Shown piece by piece: positions 29,832 through 45,430 of a DNA stretch of 64,000 nt. The translations under genes and the position numbers were made by a program. Within the stretch, counting starts at the first letter, position 1. Each line of letters opens with the position of its first letter. The stretch is from the human T2T-CHM13v2.0 reference genome, Homo sapiens. The notes under the pieces were generated by a model. The model was not told the origin of the DNA. It did no database searches and saw nothing but the letters and a program-made list of their open reading frames with translations. The stretch lies in assembly GCA_009914755.4 (NCBI GenBank), contig CP086569.2, forward strand, positions 2,624,001-2,688,000, in the 5' to 3' direction.

Positions 29832-29984
29832 ATGTTGCTGAAATTGCTGATGAAGTTTATATGGAAGTGATCGTAGGAGAGGAGGATGCTGCTGTTGCAG
29901 CAGCAGCAGCTGCTGTGCATGAGCAGCAAATTGATGAGGATGAAATGAAAACCTTCGTACCAATTGCATGGGCAGCAGCTTATG
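29832..29984 (+). CDS. ZFY: ZFY coding exon (153 nt) with alanine tract: NVAEIADEVYMEVIVGEEDAAVAAAAAAVHEQQIDEDEMKTFVPIAWAAAYG
   Basis: AG acceptor at 29830-29831, GTAACT donor at 29985; imperfect GCN repeat encoding AAVAAAAAAV. Confidence 0.9.
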
Positions 29985-30055
29985 GTAACTTACATAGAAG
30001 CCAGAAGGATTGAGTAGTTTTTGAACATTAATTCACTGTTGAAAGTGGTTTCTGT

Positions 30056-30389
<334 letters not shown>

Positions 30390-30661
30390 TTAGGGTTTCA
30401 TGATTTAAGCAAAAGTAGAGGAGGATTAAATAGTCTCCCTGTTGCCTTTAATTTTAACATGAACTTCTTTTATTATGTAAGAAGTGTGGGAGCTTTCAGT
30501 CTAACATTTTAAATCTTGGTTTATAGGTGACACATAACTTTACAATTTTTGGGAGATAGCAGGGAGTCCAGTAGAGCAGCATGCTGCTAGATACGGAAGC
30601 TAGGCACTTCCCCTGGTCTTGCCATATATATGCCCATAAAACACATGGTCTACAATTGGGG

Positions 30662-30972
30662 GCCAGGTGTGGCTCTTGCCTGTAATCCCAGCACTTTGGG
30701 AGTCTGAGGCAGGTGGATGACCTGAGGTCAGGAGTTCAAGATCAGCCTGGCCAATATGGTGAAACCTCCTCTCTACTAAAAATACAAAAAAATGAGATGG
30801 GTGTGATGGCGTTGTTCCTGTAATCCCAGCTATTCAGGATGCTGAGGCAGGATAATCACTTGAACCTGAGAGGAGGAGGTTGCAGTGAGCCAAGATTACA
30901 CCTCTGTACTCCAGCCTGGGTGACAGAGCAAGACTCTGTCTCAAAAAAAAAAAAAAAAAAAAAAAAAAAAGA
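30662..30972 (+). mobile_element. Alu with long poly-A
   Basis: ggccaggtgtggctcttgcctgtaatcccagcactttgggagtctgaggcaggtggatgacctgaggtcaggagttcaagatcagcctggccaatatggtgaaacc... Confidence 0.85.
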
Positions 30973-31101
30973 ATAAAAATAAATAAAGTAAGGACTTTCT
31001 GTCATTCATGAGTGTCAGGACTTCTTGTTGTTAATAAAGAATTCGTAATTCTTTAGAATTTATAATGTTGTGTAATTCTGTGTTTTAATGCACATTGTTA
31101 G

Positions 31102-31242
31102 GTAATAATTCTGATGGAATTGAAAACCGGAATGGCACTGCAAGTGCCCTCTTGCACATAGATGAGTCTGCTGGCCTTGGCAGACTGGCTAAACAGAAAC
31201 CAAAGAAAAAGAGAAGACCTGATTCCAGGCAGTACCAAACAG
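31102..31242 (+). CDS. ZFY: ZFY coding exon (141 nt) with basic [49 protein letters not shown]
   Basis: AG acceptor at 31100-31101, GTGAGT donor at 31243; [10 protein letters not shown] basic cluster. Confidence 0.9.
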
Positions 31243-31971
31243 GTGAGTTCCACAGGGGTGTTATGATGGAGTTTTAGCTAGTAGGCCACATGTATTTTTA
31301 TGTGTTGAATTTGAAAGAAAAAATTTCAAAATTCAGTGATATTCATGAATGGTTTTCTTGGATAAGAAGAAACAGTTGTGCATCAACCATTCAGGAAAAA
31401 GAATTAAAATCCTCTGGTGATTTTAGTGAAAAGGAAAATAAATTTCTAAAATGTTACCTAACTTTAAGTGAACGAAATTACATGGATCTACTTATACTAG
31501 CATAAAGCAGGTATAATTTACCGAGAAGTGGAAGAAGTACCTAGGTTATTTGTAGGACTGATTACTATCCTATGTTGTTTTGAATGCTGCTTTGCATATT
31601 AAAATTTATTTATAGGTGCAGTTAAGCTTTACTGTTTGCATATATTTGGCTTGGAGTCAGTCACCAAAGCAGAAATGCTGGACTTGATTTTTATGAGTTA
31701 TTTGCTACACATTTCTAAATTCATGTTCTTTTGTCACTGCTTGATTGATTTTTTTTTTTTAACTGGAGGGGGTGAGATTGGTTCATACTTAACCAAACCA
31801 GTTCTCTCGATTAGGACATTATTATAACTCTTAACATTGAAAAGCAGTAAAAGGAATGTTAATAATTTAAAAGTATTTGCCCACTAATGTTCAGAACACA
31901 AGCTTTAAAAAATTCATGAGGAGACCAGAAGTTTGATTAAGCACTCATACTGCTTTCTTTTCCTTTCTTAG

Positions 31972-33155
31972 CAATAATTATTGGCCCTGATGGTCATCCT
32001 TTGACTGTCTATCCTTGCATGATTTGTGGGAAGAAGTTTAAGTCGAGGGGTTTTTTGAAAAGACACATGAAAAACCATCCTGAACACCTTGCCAAGAAGA
32101 AGTACCACTGTACTGACTGTGATTACACTACCAATAAGAAGATAAGTTTACATAACCACCTGGAGAGCCACAAGCTGACCAGCAAGGCAGAGAAGGCCAT
32201 TGAATGTGATGAGTGTGGGAAGCATTTTTCTCATGCAGGGGCTTTGTTTACTCACAAAATGGTGCATAAGGAAAAAGGGGCCAACAAAATGCACAAGTGT
32301 AAATTCTGTGAATATGAGACAGCTGAACAGGGGTTATTGAATCGCCACCTCTTGGCAGTCCACAGCAAGAACTTTCCTCATATTTGTGTGGAGTGTGGTA
32401 AAGGTTTCCGACACCCGTCGGAACTGAGAAAGCACATGCGAATCCATACCGGCGAGAAGCCATACCAATGCCAGTACTGTGAATATAGGTCTGCAGACTC
32501 TTCTAACTTGAAAACACATATAAAAACAAAGCATAGTAAAGAGATGCCATTCAAGTGTGACATTTGTCTTCTGACTTTCTCAGATACCAAAGAAGTGCAG
32601 CAACATACTCTTGTCCACCAAGAAAGCAAAACACATCAGTGTTTGCATTGCGACCACAAGAGTTCAAACTCAAGTGATTTGAAACGACATGTAATTTCAG
32701 TTCATACGAAAGACTATCCTCATAAGTGTGAGATGTGCGAGAAAGGCTTTCACAGGCCTTCAGAACTTAAGAAACATGTGGCTGTCCACAAAGGTAAAAA
32801 AATGCACCAATGTAGACATTGTGACTTTAAGATTGCAGACCCATTTGTTCTAAGTCGCCATATTCTCTCAGTTCACACAAAGGATCTTCCATTTAGGTGT
32901 AAGAGATGTAGAAAGGGATTTAGGCAACAAAATGAGCTTAAAAAGCATATGAAGACACACAGTGGCAGGAAAGTATATCAGTGTGAGTACTGTGAGTATA
33001 GCACTACAGATGCCTCAGGCTTTAAACGGCACGTTATTTCCATTCATACAAAAGACTATCCTCATCGGTGTGAGTACTGCAAGAAAGGCTTCCGAAGACC
33101 TTCAGAAAAGAACCAGCACATAATGAGACACCATAAAGAAGTTGGTCTGCCCTAA
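31972..33155 (+). CDS. ZFY: ZFY terminal coding exon: 13 tandem C2H2 zinc fingers, TAA stop at 33153-33155
   Basis: AG acceptor at 31970-31971; ORF 32001-33155; 13 C-X2-C...H-X3-5-H units with alternating two-finger periodicity; C-terminus ...[20 protein letters not shown]. Total CDS is 2406 nt = 801 codons plus stop, matching ZFY (801 aa) rather than ZFX (805 aa). Confidence 0.92.
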
Positions 33156-35740
33156 CAGTGTGTCTACAAGCTTGTAAAGATGTTGGCCTTGAAGCAGAAA
33201 ATTCATTTTTTAAAGCCAGTCTTGTTCACATCCATTACTATACATTGAATTATGCTGTGTAAAAATAGAATTATTGCTTCTAGTCCACTTTTCTTTACAT
33301 TTTATTCAATACGCTGTCCTGAATCCTATTCAGTTTCTTTAATAGATGAGGAAAAATAGCAACAAGCAAGTTGCTTATAATAAAATAATTTGTGATTCTA
33401 TACTGAATTTTCAGTCATAAAAGCTTTACTATTTATTTACATATTTATTCATGTTCATGGTACTCTTCTAAGACAAAATCAGATTGATAACTATGAAAGT
33501 AACATTTTTGACCCATTTCCTCCTACACAAGTGTTTCACATTGGAGACATCTGCTAATATAAATGGGAGGTTTTACTGTCAAGTCCAATTAGCAAAACGT
33601 GGTAATAATTTTTTTGTCAGTATTTTCAGATTACATGATAAAATTTTACATTTGAGCTTCTAGCATTGATTAATATAGGATATTGACCACGTTTATGTTT
33701 AAATTTCATTTTGTTCAGCAGACAAAATGTACTTCCCTTAACTTTCATTAATAGTGTTTACATCTTTTGTCAGCACAGCAAACTTTTAGAAAGTAATAGT
33801 TTTACTTATTTTTATCTTCTGTTTTCTCTTTGTACTGCTTTGTCTTGCATTGTGTTCCAACACATGAGACTTACTGCTCACTGAATTTTGGAGTCTTTTA
33901 GAGGTAAATTGTGGACTCAGGATTTTTTGAAACTTGGTGTGTAACTCTAAATCTTGTATATGCATCTTTGTTGCTTATTACATATTTACACACACAACCA
34001 CAAATTTTAAACTTATGATGAAAATTTACAATAACCTGAAAGATCCAGAGATGTATGAGAGCATTTTGTAACTTGTTATTCAGTTACTAAATTTGAGGTG
34101 AATAATTAAAAAGAAAAGGACATTAGGAGAGTGAAAATCTTCTCTTCAAATAATCTTTGATAGATAAAAATGGAAGGTAAGATGTTTCTAGATAGAATGT
34201 TTTCATACAATTTCAGCTTCATATCATAAATTTTTCTGGAAAGCTATTTCAGACATAGATTTCATAGTATTTTTCTGAGAATCCTGTGAAGGAACGCTGT
34301 CTCTTTGCAAAGTAAGGAGGACTAAGGGAAAATGATGGTACCATGTAACAGAATGAGAGCTAATTCCAAATTAGCAACTTCATCCTGCTTTCTATTTTAC
34401 ATTGAGTAAAGTTTTAAAAAGACAACAGTCAAGTTGATTTTGATTAGAAGATAAAAGTACATAATGAAAATCCATGGCCTTATTTGGAATATATATCACT
34501 TTCCAAATTTTATTATTTATTTGAGAGTTAATAAGTTAATGTTATTAAGCAGTTAATAATTTATATGTATGGATATAATATAAAATGAATTCATATAATT
34601 AAAAAGAATTTGGTTAATAAGAATTTGGAGAATGGAAAATACATTTTTAGGTTCCTTAATTTGGCTGTTGGTACCTGTGTATTTGGAATATTTTAGGGGA
34701 TTCGAATTTTTTTTAACCCACATTACAGCTACCTTCTAGCTTTAGTATGGTAGTGCTTCATTCAACTTTTGCTGTCAGGTTTTTATTTTCACCTTTTTCT
34801 GTGCCACCAATTCAAAAGTTATAGGATTAGGAAATATAAATTTATATTTGGTGATTGGCAGCCTCTGAAATGTTAGATTAATTTGATCTAGTTCTAAAGT
34901 GCTTTAGTCATATATGAATTTAAACCTAGTACCATCCAAAACCATGTAATGGATTTTAAGAATCTGTTAGGCCTTCTTAGCCTTTATACATGTCCCTACC
35001 TGATTTTTACTGTCCTTCATGATCCTGTTCTTGAAAACTTCAGTTTGTATTTGAGAATCCTTTAAATCTCCTTCCAATTTGTTTTCTCCCTGAAGTAATA
35101 TAAAAGGAAGTATTTAAGTGAAAGTTTAAGAGTTTTAAAACATTCTTTAAAATTAATACAGATAGTTAGCTATTTATCTTTTAAAAATAAACTAAGGTAA
35201 AAAACGTGACACTTTACATATTTCATATTTTTCATATAGTCTGGAGGTATACACAGTTGTTTTGTTTTTAACCACGGTATTGAAACCTTTAAAAGGTAAT
35301 TAAGCATTTGGTCAAGTAAATATAGAACATTTGTATAAAGAAAGAAATGAAATTGTGCTTAATGTTATATACTGTTATTATTTGCAGGCTGGTTTTAATT
35401 CTTAATTTGATTAGCAAAGCTAAAAAAGTGGATGTTGAAGTTGAAAGTTTTAAAGAGGTACAAAATCTTACAAGGACATAAATTATTATTTGGTTGAAAA
35501 ATAGCCTATTAGATATTGTATGTCCCTTCCTCTGTACAAATTGTAAAATACTTAAAATAACTATGAAGAATTCATATAGGAAGTGTGATACTATTGTAAA
35601 TGTGTATTTGAGAATATGCAAAAATAAAAATAATATTTTACTGTTAATAAATGTTTACTTGTATATGATACCAATACTAAGTTAACTCTTTCTTTAAAAC
35701 ACGCAGTTTTAAGTCTTAATAAACATAAAACATAGTGGAC
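33156..35740 (+). other. ZFY: putative ZFY 3'UTR (AT-rich, ORF-free); candidate poly(A) signals AATAAA at 35646-35651 and 35718-35723 among several
   Basis: continuous unique AT-rich sequence after the stop with no repeats or ORFs; the end point is inferred, not observed. Confidence 0.3.
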
Positions 35741-35979
35741 TATTTTTATTTCCCCACTTAGTTCATTCTGTACATCAGTGGAATACAAAATGCTTTTTAT
35801 GTAAATATTGGTAACCTTATGAATTTACAAGTAGTATTTCAGAGTACTTGCGCTAGTTGATGAGGCCTTTGCTTAATGTGTTCTTGAAAGTCAATTTTTT
35901 GTTTTATCTTAATGAAAGATGGTTTGGTTAGCATCTGCACTTGCTGAAATAAATTTTCCTTGCATAAAGCTTTTTTTTC

Positions 35980-36300
<321 letters not shown>

Positions 36301-37435
36301 TAAGTGGTTTTTGAGGGCACTAAGTCCATAGCAGAAGAACCTGCACTAGTTACACATTTGTGTGTCACCTCTTTGTATTCAGTTTGGAGATCTTTAGTGC
36401 ACACATAATACTGTGGGATGGGTATTATGACAAAAATTAGAAGCTTGGTAGAAGTTAACCAGGAGTCAAACAGATTACAACAAAGAAGACTGAGACTCAT
36501 AAATTTTTGTAGAGGTAAAATTCACATGATAAAAGTCACTATCTTAAAATGTGTTAAGTGGCATTTAGCACATTCATATGTTACATTTCCATCACCTCTC
36601 TTTAGTTGCAAAACACCTTTTGTAAAGATTCTGCAGTTCTTCAACTCTAGGAATGTGTTTGTCTAATTGTTCAAACAGTAAATAATTAAAGCCATTAAAA
36701 TGTTAAAAAAATATGGTGAATGTCACTGGCCAGAGTTGTAAGCCAGATAAGATCATGAATAACTTAGTTGTCTTAGAAAATCTAAATAAACATACCCAAT
36801 CAGGCCTGTGATTTCATCTAAGATAATTTACTGACTGGTTTTCTGGCAATGTCAATGTCAATTTGATTTTTTTTTAAATTTTTATTATTTTTTAACTTCT
36901 CAGGAATTCTAGGGTTTTTGTAAAGAAAAGCGTTAAGCATTATGACCAATATCTTAAAGGTATGATATTTCGGAGCACTGGTTTTTGAGGCTGGGCCAGG
37001 TCAGCATCAGCATTACTTGAATCTTGTTAGATATATAAAATCTTGGGCTCATCCTAGACCTACTACATAAAAAAATTGTGCATAGGCACCAGCAGTCAGT
37101 TGGTTTCATTGTGAAAAAAAAAAATACAATTTCCCATTTAAACCATTTTAAGTGTATATGATTAGTAGTACTAAGAATATTTACATTGTTGTGAATGTTT
37201 CTTAACTTTCATATTTGAAACTCAACGTCCGTTAAACAACTTTCCTTTCTCCACTGATGCCCAGGCCCTGGTAATGTTTCTATGAATTTGACTACTTTAT
37301 TAGAATCATACAGCATTTTTTTTGTGACTGGCTTATTTCACTTAGCAGCCTTGCCTCCTTAATTTTAGAGAAAAGTTTTCAGCCTTTCACCATCAAATAA
37401 GGTGTTACCTGTGGGCTTTTAAAAATAATTGCTGG

Positions 37436-38052
37436 CTGGGAGTGGTGGCTCACACCTGTAATCCCAGCACTTTGGGAGGCTGAGGCGGGTAGATCACCTG
37501 AGGTCAGCAGTTCGAAACCAGCCTGGCCAACATGGTGAAAACCCGTCTCTACTAAAAATACAAAAACAACTGGGTGTGGTGGCAGGTGCTTGTAACTCCA
37601 GCTAGTCGGGAGGCCGAGGCAGAAGAATTGCTTGAACCCAGGGAGCAGAGGTTGCAGTGAGCCAAGATTGTGCCACTTCCCTCCAGCCTGGGTGAAAGAG
37701 GGAGACTCCGTCTCAAGAATAAGTAAAATTGCCCCGGGTAGTCATGGTGGCTCATACCTATAATCCTAGCACTCTTAAGAGGCTGAGACAGGTGGTTGGC
37801 TTGAAGTCAGGAATTTGAGACTAGCCTGCCCAACATAATGAAACTATGTCTCTACTAAAAATACAAAAATTAGCTGGGCGTTCTGGCACATGTCTGTAAA
37901 TCCCAGCTGCTCAAGAGGCTGAAGCATGAGAATGACTTGAACCTGGGAGGAGGAGGTTTGCAGTAAGGTGAGGTCGCACCGCTGCACTCCAGCCTGGGTG
38001 ACAGAGCAAGACTCCATCTCAAAATAAATAAATAAATAAATAAATAAAAATA
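37436..38052 (+). mobile_element. two head-to-tail Alu elements (37436-37728; 37733-38052 ending in an (AAAT)n tail)
   Basis: ggctgggagtggtggctcacacctgtaatcccagcactttgggaggctgaggcgggtagatcacctgaggtcagcagttcgaaacc... then gtcatggtggctcatacctataatcctagcactcttaagaggctgagacaggtgg...aaataaataaataaataaataaataaaaataa. Confidence 0.85.
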
Positions 38053-38249
38053 ATTGCCATCATTATGTTGAGGGTTCTCCCTTCTTCCCTAAGTGTATTT
38101 TATAATGAAAAGGTGTGGAATCTTGTCACATGCTTTTTTTATGTAAATTGAAATTAGCCTTTGTCCTTTATTTTTGTTAACATGATGTATTAAAAGGTTT
38201 TGCTGAACCATTCTTAAAATCCAGTGAAATCTTACTGGTAATGGTATAT

Positions 38250-38886
<637 letters not shown>

Positions 38887-39009
38887 CTATAATCCTTATA
38901 ATGTGCTGTTAAATTCAACCTGCTTGTATTTTACTGAGAAGTTTTGCATAGATTTTTGTTAGTGATACTGGTCTGTGATTTTCTTTTTGTCTTTATGTGT
39001 TTAAAAAAA

Positions 39010-39292
39010 ATTTTTTTTTGGACACAGGGTCTTGCTCTGTTGCCCAGGCTGTAGTGCAGTGGTGTGATTGCAGCTGACTGTAACCTTGAACCCCTGGGTT
39101 CAACTATCCTGCCATCTGAATAGCTAGGACTGCCAGTGCTCACTATCATGCCTAACTAACTTTTTACAATTTTTTTGTAGAGACAGGGTTTCCCTAAGTT
39201 GCCCAGACTTGTCACAAACTTCTGGACTCAAGCAATCCCCATCTTAATCTCCCAAGATGCTGAGAATATAGGCATAAGCCACCATACCTAGC
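39010..39292 (-). mobile_element. Alu (diverged)
   Basis: ttttttggacacagggtcttgctctgttgcccaggctgtagtgcagtggtgtgattgcagctgactgtaacc... Confidence 0.75.
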
Positions 39293-39394
39293 CTTGTTTA
39301 TGTCTTTATCTGGTTTTGATAGCAATGTAATACTGGCATCTTTATATGAATTTCAGAGTGCTTCCTCCTTTAGGATTATTGTTAATTTCTTTTT

Positions 39395-39765
39395 ATTTTT
39401 TAAAAAATTCATTTTTATCTTAGATTCAGGTGTATTTGTACAGGTTTGCTATAAGGGTGTATGTGTAGTGTTGAGGTTTGGGCTTCTACTGATCCCATCA
39501 GCCACAAAGTGAAGATAGTACCCAATAGGAAGTTTCTCAGCCCTTGCCCCACTCCTTTACTCCCTTCTTTTGGAGACCTCAGTATGTGTTGCTTCTATCT
39601 TTATGGTCATATTAACCTATGATTTAGTTCCCACTATAAGTCGGAACATGTGACATTTGGTTTTCTGTTTCTGCATTAGTTTCCTTATGATAATGGCCTC
39701 TAGCTGCAACCATGTTGCCACAAGGACATGATTTCATTCTTTATTGTGGCTGCATAAAATTATTT
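39395..39765 (-). mobile_element. old L1 (L1M/L1PB-like) 3'-end fragment, antisense
   Basis: ttagattcaggtgtatttgtacaggtttgctataagggtgtatgtgtagtg...cccactataagtcggaacatgtgacatttggttttctgtttctgcattagtttccttatgataatggcctctagctgcaaccatgttgccacaaggacatgatttcattctttattgtggctgcataaaat. Confidence 0.75.
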
Positions 39766-39839
39766 TTAAATGTTTGATAGAATTCTCCAGTGAAGCCATC
39801 TCACTGTGGGCTGTTCTTTGTTCAGATTTTTATTTCTGA

Positions 39840-40223
<384 letters not shown>

Positions 40224-40423
40224 TGATTTATCCAATTCCTTGGTGTAATTTCTATTCATTGTATTCTCTTTACTCCTTTTCATTTCTGTGGCATCACTTG
40301 AATTACCCTTCTTTCATTTGTAACTTCAGTTATTTGAGTCTTTTTCTTAATGTAGGCAAAATTTGCCAATGTTATTCATCTTTTCAAAAAATGAATTCAG
40401 TTTTGTTGATTTTTCTACGGTTA

Positions 40424-40740
40424 AGCTTTTTTTTTTTTTTTTAAATGGAGTCTCGCTCTGTCAACCAGGCTGGAGTGCAGTGGTGTGATCTTGGCTCACT
40501 GCAAGCTCTGCCTCCTAAGTTCACACCATTCTCCTGCCTAAACCTCTCCAGTAGGGGGACTACAGGTGCCCGCCACCACGCTGGCTAATTTTTTTTTTTT
40601 TTTTGTATTTTTAAAATATTTTTAGTAGAGACAGGGTTTCACCATGTTAGCCAGGATTGTCTCGATCTCCTGACCTCATGATCCGCCTGCCTCGGCCTCC
40701 CAAAGTGCTGAGATTACAGGCATGAGCCATCGCACCCAGT
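40424..40740 (-). mobile_element. Alu
   Basis: tttaaatggagtctcgctctgtcaaccaggctggagtgcagtggtgtgatcttggctcactgcaagctctgcctcctaagttcacaccattctcctgcc...gcatgagccatcgcacccag. Confidence 0.85.
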
Positions 40741-41873
40741 CCCTTATTTTTAAATAATGTATAAGAGTTATACATATTTTGGAGTACATGTGATATTGTT
40801 TGTACATATTTTGGAGTACATGTGATATTGTTAGGTAGTTGGTTTGAGGTCTTTCTTCTTTTCTGATAGATGTATTTACAGCTGTAAATTTACCTCTCTG
40901 CAACTACTTTGATTGTATCTCATGTTGTGTGTCCCAGATATTGTGCTTTCATTTTAGTGTGTGTCAAGGTAATTTTTCTTGTAACTTCTTTAGCTTCATT
41001 GGTTGTGTGGTTTTGTTTTTGACACTGGCTTTTGCTCTGTTGTCTAGGCTGGCCTTCAGCTCCAGGGCTTGAGAACTCTTACTTCCAACTCAGCCTCCCA
41101 AGTAGCTGGGACTACAAGTGAGTGCTATTGTGCCAGGCTTTCCATTGGTTAACAGTTTGTTGCTTGGTTTCCACACATTTGTGAATTTTCCAGTTTTCCC
41201 ATTGCTCTTGATTTTTAGTGCATCATATTGTGCTCAGAAAACACACTTTGTATAATTTGCTTTTAAAATTTGTTAAACTTGTTTTGTGACCAAATATATG
41301 GTCTATTCTAGAGAATGTTCAATGTGCACTTTAGAATACTGTATATTCTGCTGTGGTTGTGTGGCATGTTCTCTATATATCTGGTATGTCCAATTGGTGT
41401 ACAGCATTTTACCAGTCCTGTTTCCCCATTGATTTTCTATTTGATTTTTCTACCCATTATTGAAAGTGGTCTAATGATGCCTCCTATATTATTGTCTTTG
41501 TTTCTTGTTTTTATTTCTGTCAACATTTGTATCACATAGTTAAGAGCTCTGATATTTAGTGCAGATATATTTATAATTGTTATATCTTCTTTTAATTTTT
41601 ATTTTAAGTTCATGTGCAGGTTTATCACATAGGTACACTTGTTTCATGGGGGGTTTGTTGTACAGATTATTTCATCACCCAGGCATTAAGTTGAGTACCT
41701 ATTACTTGTTTTTCCTGATCCTTTCCCCGCTCCCATCCTCCATCGCTCTGATAGGCCCCAGTATGTATTGTTCTCCTCTATGTGCCCATGTGCTCTCATC
41801 ATTTAGCTCCCACTTATAAGTGAGGACATGCAGTATTTAGTTTTCTGTTCCTATATTAGTTAGCTAAGTATGA

Positions 41874-42208
<335 letters not shown>

Positions 42209-42710
42209 GATCCTGTTCTTTTTATATGGCTGCATAGTATTCCATGGTGTATATGTACCACATTTTCTTTATTCAGTCTACTATTGGTGGACATTTAGGT
42301 TGATTCCATGTGTTTGCTCTTGTGAAAAGTGCTGCAATGAACATACACATGCATGTGTCTTTATGATAGAAGGATTTATAATTCTTTGGGTATATACCCA
42401 GTAATGAGATTGCTGGGTTGAATGGTAGTTCTACTTTTCCTTTTATGAGGAATCACCACACTGTTTTCCACAATGGCTGACTTAATTTACACTCACACCA
42501 ACAGTGTATGGGCCTGTCATTTTCTCCACAACCTTCCCAACATCTGTTGACTTCTTAATCATAGCCATTCTGACTGGTGTGACTGGTTTCTCACTGTGGT
42601 TTTGATTTGCATTTCTCTAATGATTAGTGATGTTGAGCTTTTTCTCACATGTTTGTTGGCTGAATGTATGTCTTCTTTAGAAAAACATCTGTTCATGTCC
42701 TTTGCTTATT

Positions 42711-43046
<336 letters not shown>

Positions 43047-43538
43047 TAAGTTCCTTATAGAGCTGGATATTACACCTTTGTCAGATATATAGTTTGCAAA
43101 AATTTTCTCCCATTCTGTAGGTTGTCTGTTTACTTAATTGACAGTTTCTTTTGCCGTGAAGAAACTATTTAATTAGATCCCATTTGTCAATTTTTGGTTT
43201 TGCTGCATTTGCTTTTGATGTCTTTTTCATGAAATCTTTGCCCATTCCTATGTCCAGAATGGTATTGCCTAGGCTGTCTTCCAGGGTTTTTACAGTTTTG
43301 GGTTTTATATGTAAACCTTTAATTCATCTTGACTTGAGTTTTGTGTATGGTGTAAAGAAAGAGTTTCCATCTGTATGGCTAATCAGTTGTCCCAGCACCA
43401 TTTATTGAATAGGGAGTACTTTTCCCATTCCTTGTTTTTGTCAGCTTTGTTGAAGATGAGATAGTTGTAGGTGTGTGGCCTTATTTCTGGGATATCTGTT
43501 CTGCTCCATTGATCTATGTGTCTGTTTTTATAGAATTA

Positions 43539-43637
<99 letters not shown>

Positions 43638-45139
43638 TCAGGCTCTCTTGTGGTTTCATATGAGTTTTAAAATATTTTTTTCAAGTCTGTGAAGAATGTC
43701 ATTGGTAGTTTGATAGGAATAGCATTGAATCTATAAATTGCTTTGGACATTATGGCCATTTTAACAATATTCATCTTTATCCATGAGCATGGATTGTTCT
43801 TCCATTTATGTAATCTCTGATTTCTTTGAGCACTGGTTTGTAGTTATCCTTGTAGAGATCTTTCACCTCCATGATTAGCTGTATTCCTAGGTATTTCATT
43901 CTTTTCATGGCAGTTGTGAATGGAATCATGTTCCTGATTTGGATGTTGGCCTGACTGTTGTTGGTGTATAGGAATGCTAGCAGTTTCTATATGTTGACCC
44001 TGTATCCTAAGATTTTGCTGAAGCTGTTTATCAGCTTTTGGGCCAAGACTATGAGGTTTTCTAGATTTAGGATTATGTTGTCTGCAAACAGGGATAGTTT
44101 GACTTCCTCTCTTTCTATCTGGAGTCCCTTTATTTCTTTCTCTTGCCCGACTGCCCTGGCCAGAACTTCCAATACTATGTTGAATAAGAGTGATGAGAGA
44201 GAGCCTCCTTGTCTTGTGCCAGTTTTCAAGAGAAATGCCTTCAGCTTTTGTCCATTCAGTATGACGTTGGCTGTGGGTTAGTCATAGATGGCTCTTGTTA
44301 TTTTGGGTTGTGTTTCTTTAATACCTAGTTTATTAGGAGCTTTTATCGTGAAGCAGTGTTGAATTTTATAGCAGCCTTTTCTGCATCTATTGAGATGATC
44401 TTGTAGTTTTGGTCTCTAGTTCTGTTTATGGGATAATTTACATTTTTTTATTTGTATTTGTTGAACCAAACTTGCATCCCAGAAGATAAACTCTACTTGA
44501 TTATAGTTGATTAATTAGCTTTTTTATCTAATGCTGGATTCAGTTTGCCAGTATTTTGTTAAGGATTTTTCCATTGACGTTCATCAAGGATATTAGCCTG
44601 AAATTTTTTTTGTTAGTTGTGTCTCTGCCAGGTTTTGGTATCAGGATGATGATGGCTTCATAGAATGAGCTAGGGAGGATTCCCTCTTCCTCAATTTTTT
44701 GGGACTAGTTTCAGCAGGAATGGTACCAGCTCTTTCTTACATCCACTAGAATTCAGCTGTGAATCCATCTTATCCTGGGCTTTTGTTTTGGTTGATGGTT
44801 ATTTATTACTGATTCAATTTTGAAATTTTAAAATATTTTCTTGTTGAATTGACCCTTTTATTATTATATAACATTTTTTGCCTCTTTGAATAGTTTTTTG
44901 CATGAAGTCTATTTTATCTGTTATTGTAGTCATTCCTGCTCTTTTTGGTTACTATTGCCTGAATTATCTTTTTTCATCATTTCACCTTCAGTATGTATGT
45001 CATTAGATCTAAGATAGATGACATATAGTTGGATTGTGTTTTCTTTTGTTGTTTTATAGCCAGTCATTAATAGTCTCCAATGTTACAATGTTATTTTCTT
45101 TCTTCTTCTTTTTTTTTTTTTTTTGAGACAGAGTCTCTC

Positions 45140-45430
45140 TTTCTTTTTTTTTTTTTTGAGATGGAGTCTTGCTCTATCACCCCACCTTGAGTGCAGTGGC
45201 ACAATCTCAGCTCACTGTAATGTCCTACTCCTGGGTTCAAGTGATTCTTGTGCCTCAGCCTCCTGAGGGGCTGGGATTACAGTTGTGTGCCACCACACCC
45301 AGCTAATTTTTATATTTTTAGTAGAGATTGGGTTTTGCTACTTTGGCCAGGCTAGTCTCCTGGCCTCAAATGATCCATCAGCCTCAACCTCCTAAAGTGC
45401 TAGGATTACAGGCCTGAGCCCCTGCACATG
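45140..45430 (-). mobile_element. Alu (diverged) within the L1-derived region
   Basis: ttttgagatggagtcttgctctatcaccccaccttgagtgcagtggcacaatctcagctcactgtaatgtcc...ctaggattacaggcctgagcccctgcac. Confidence 0.75.
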
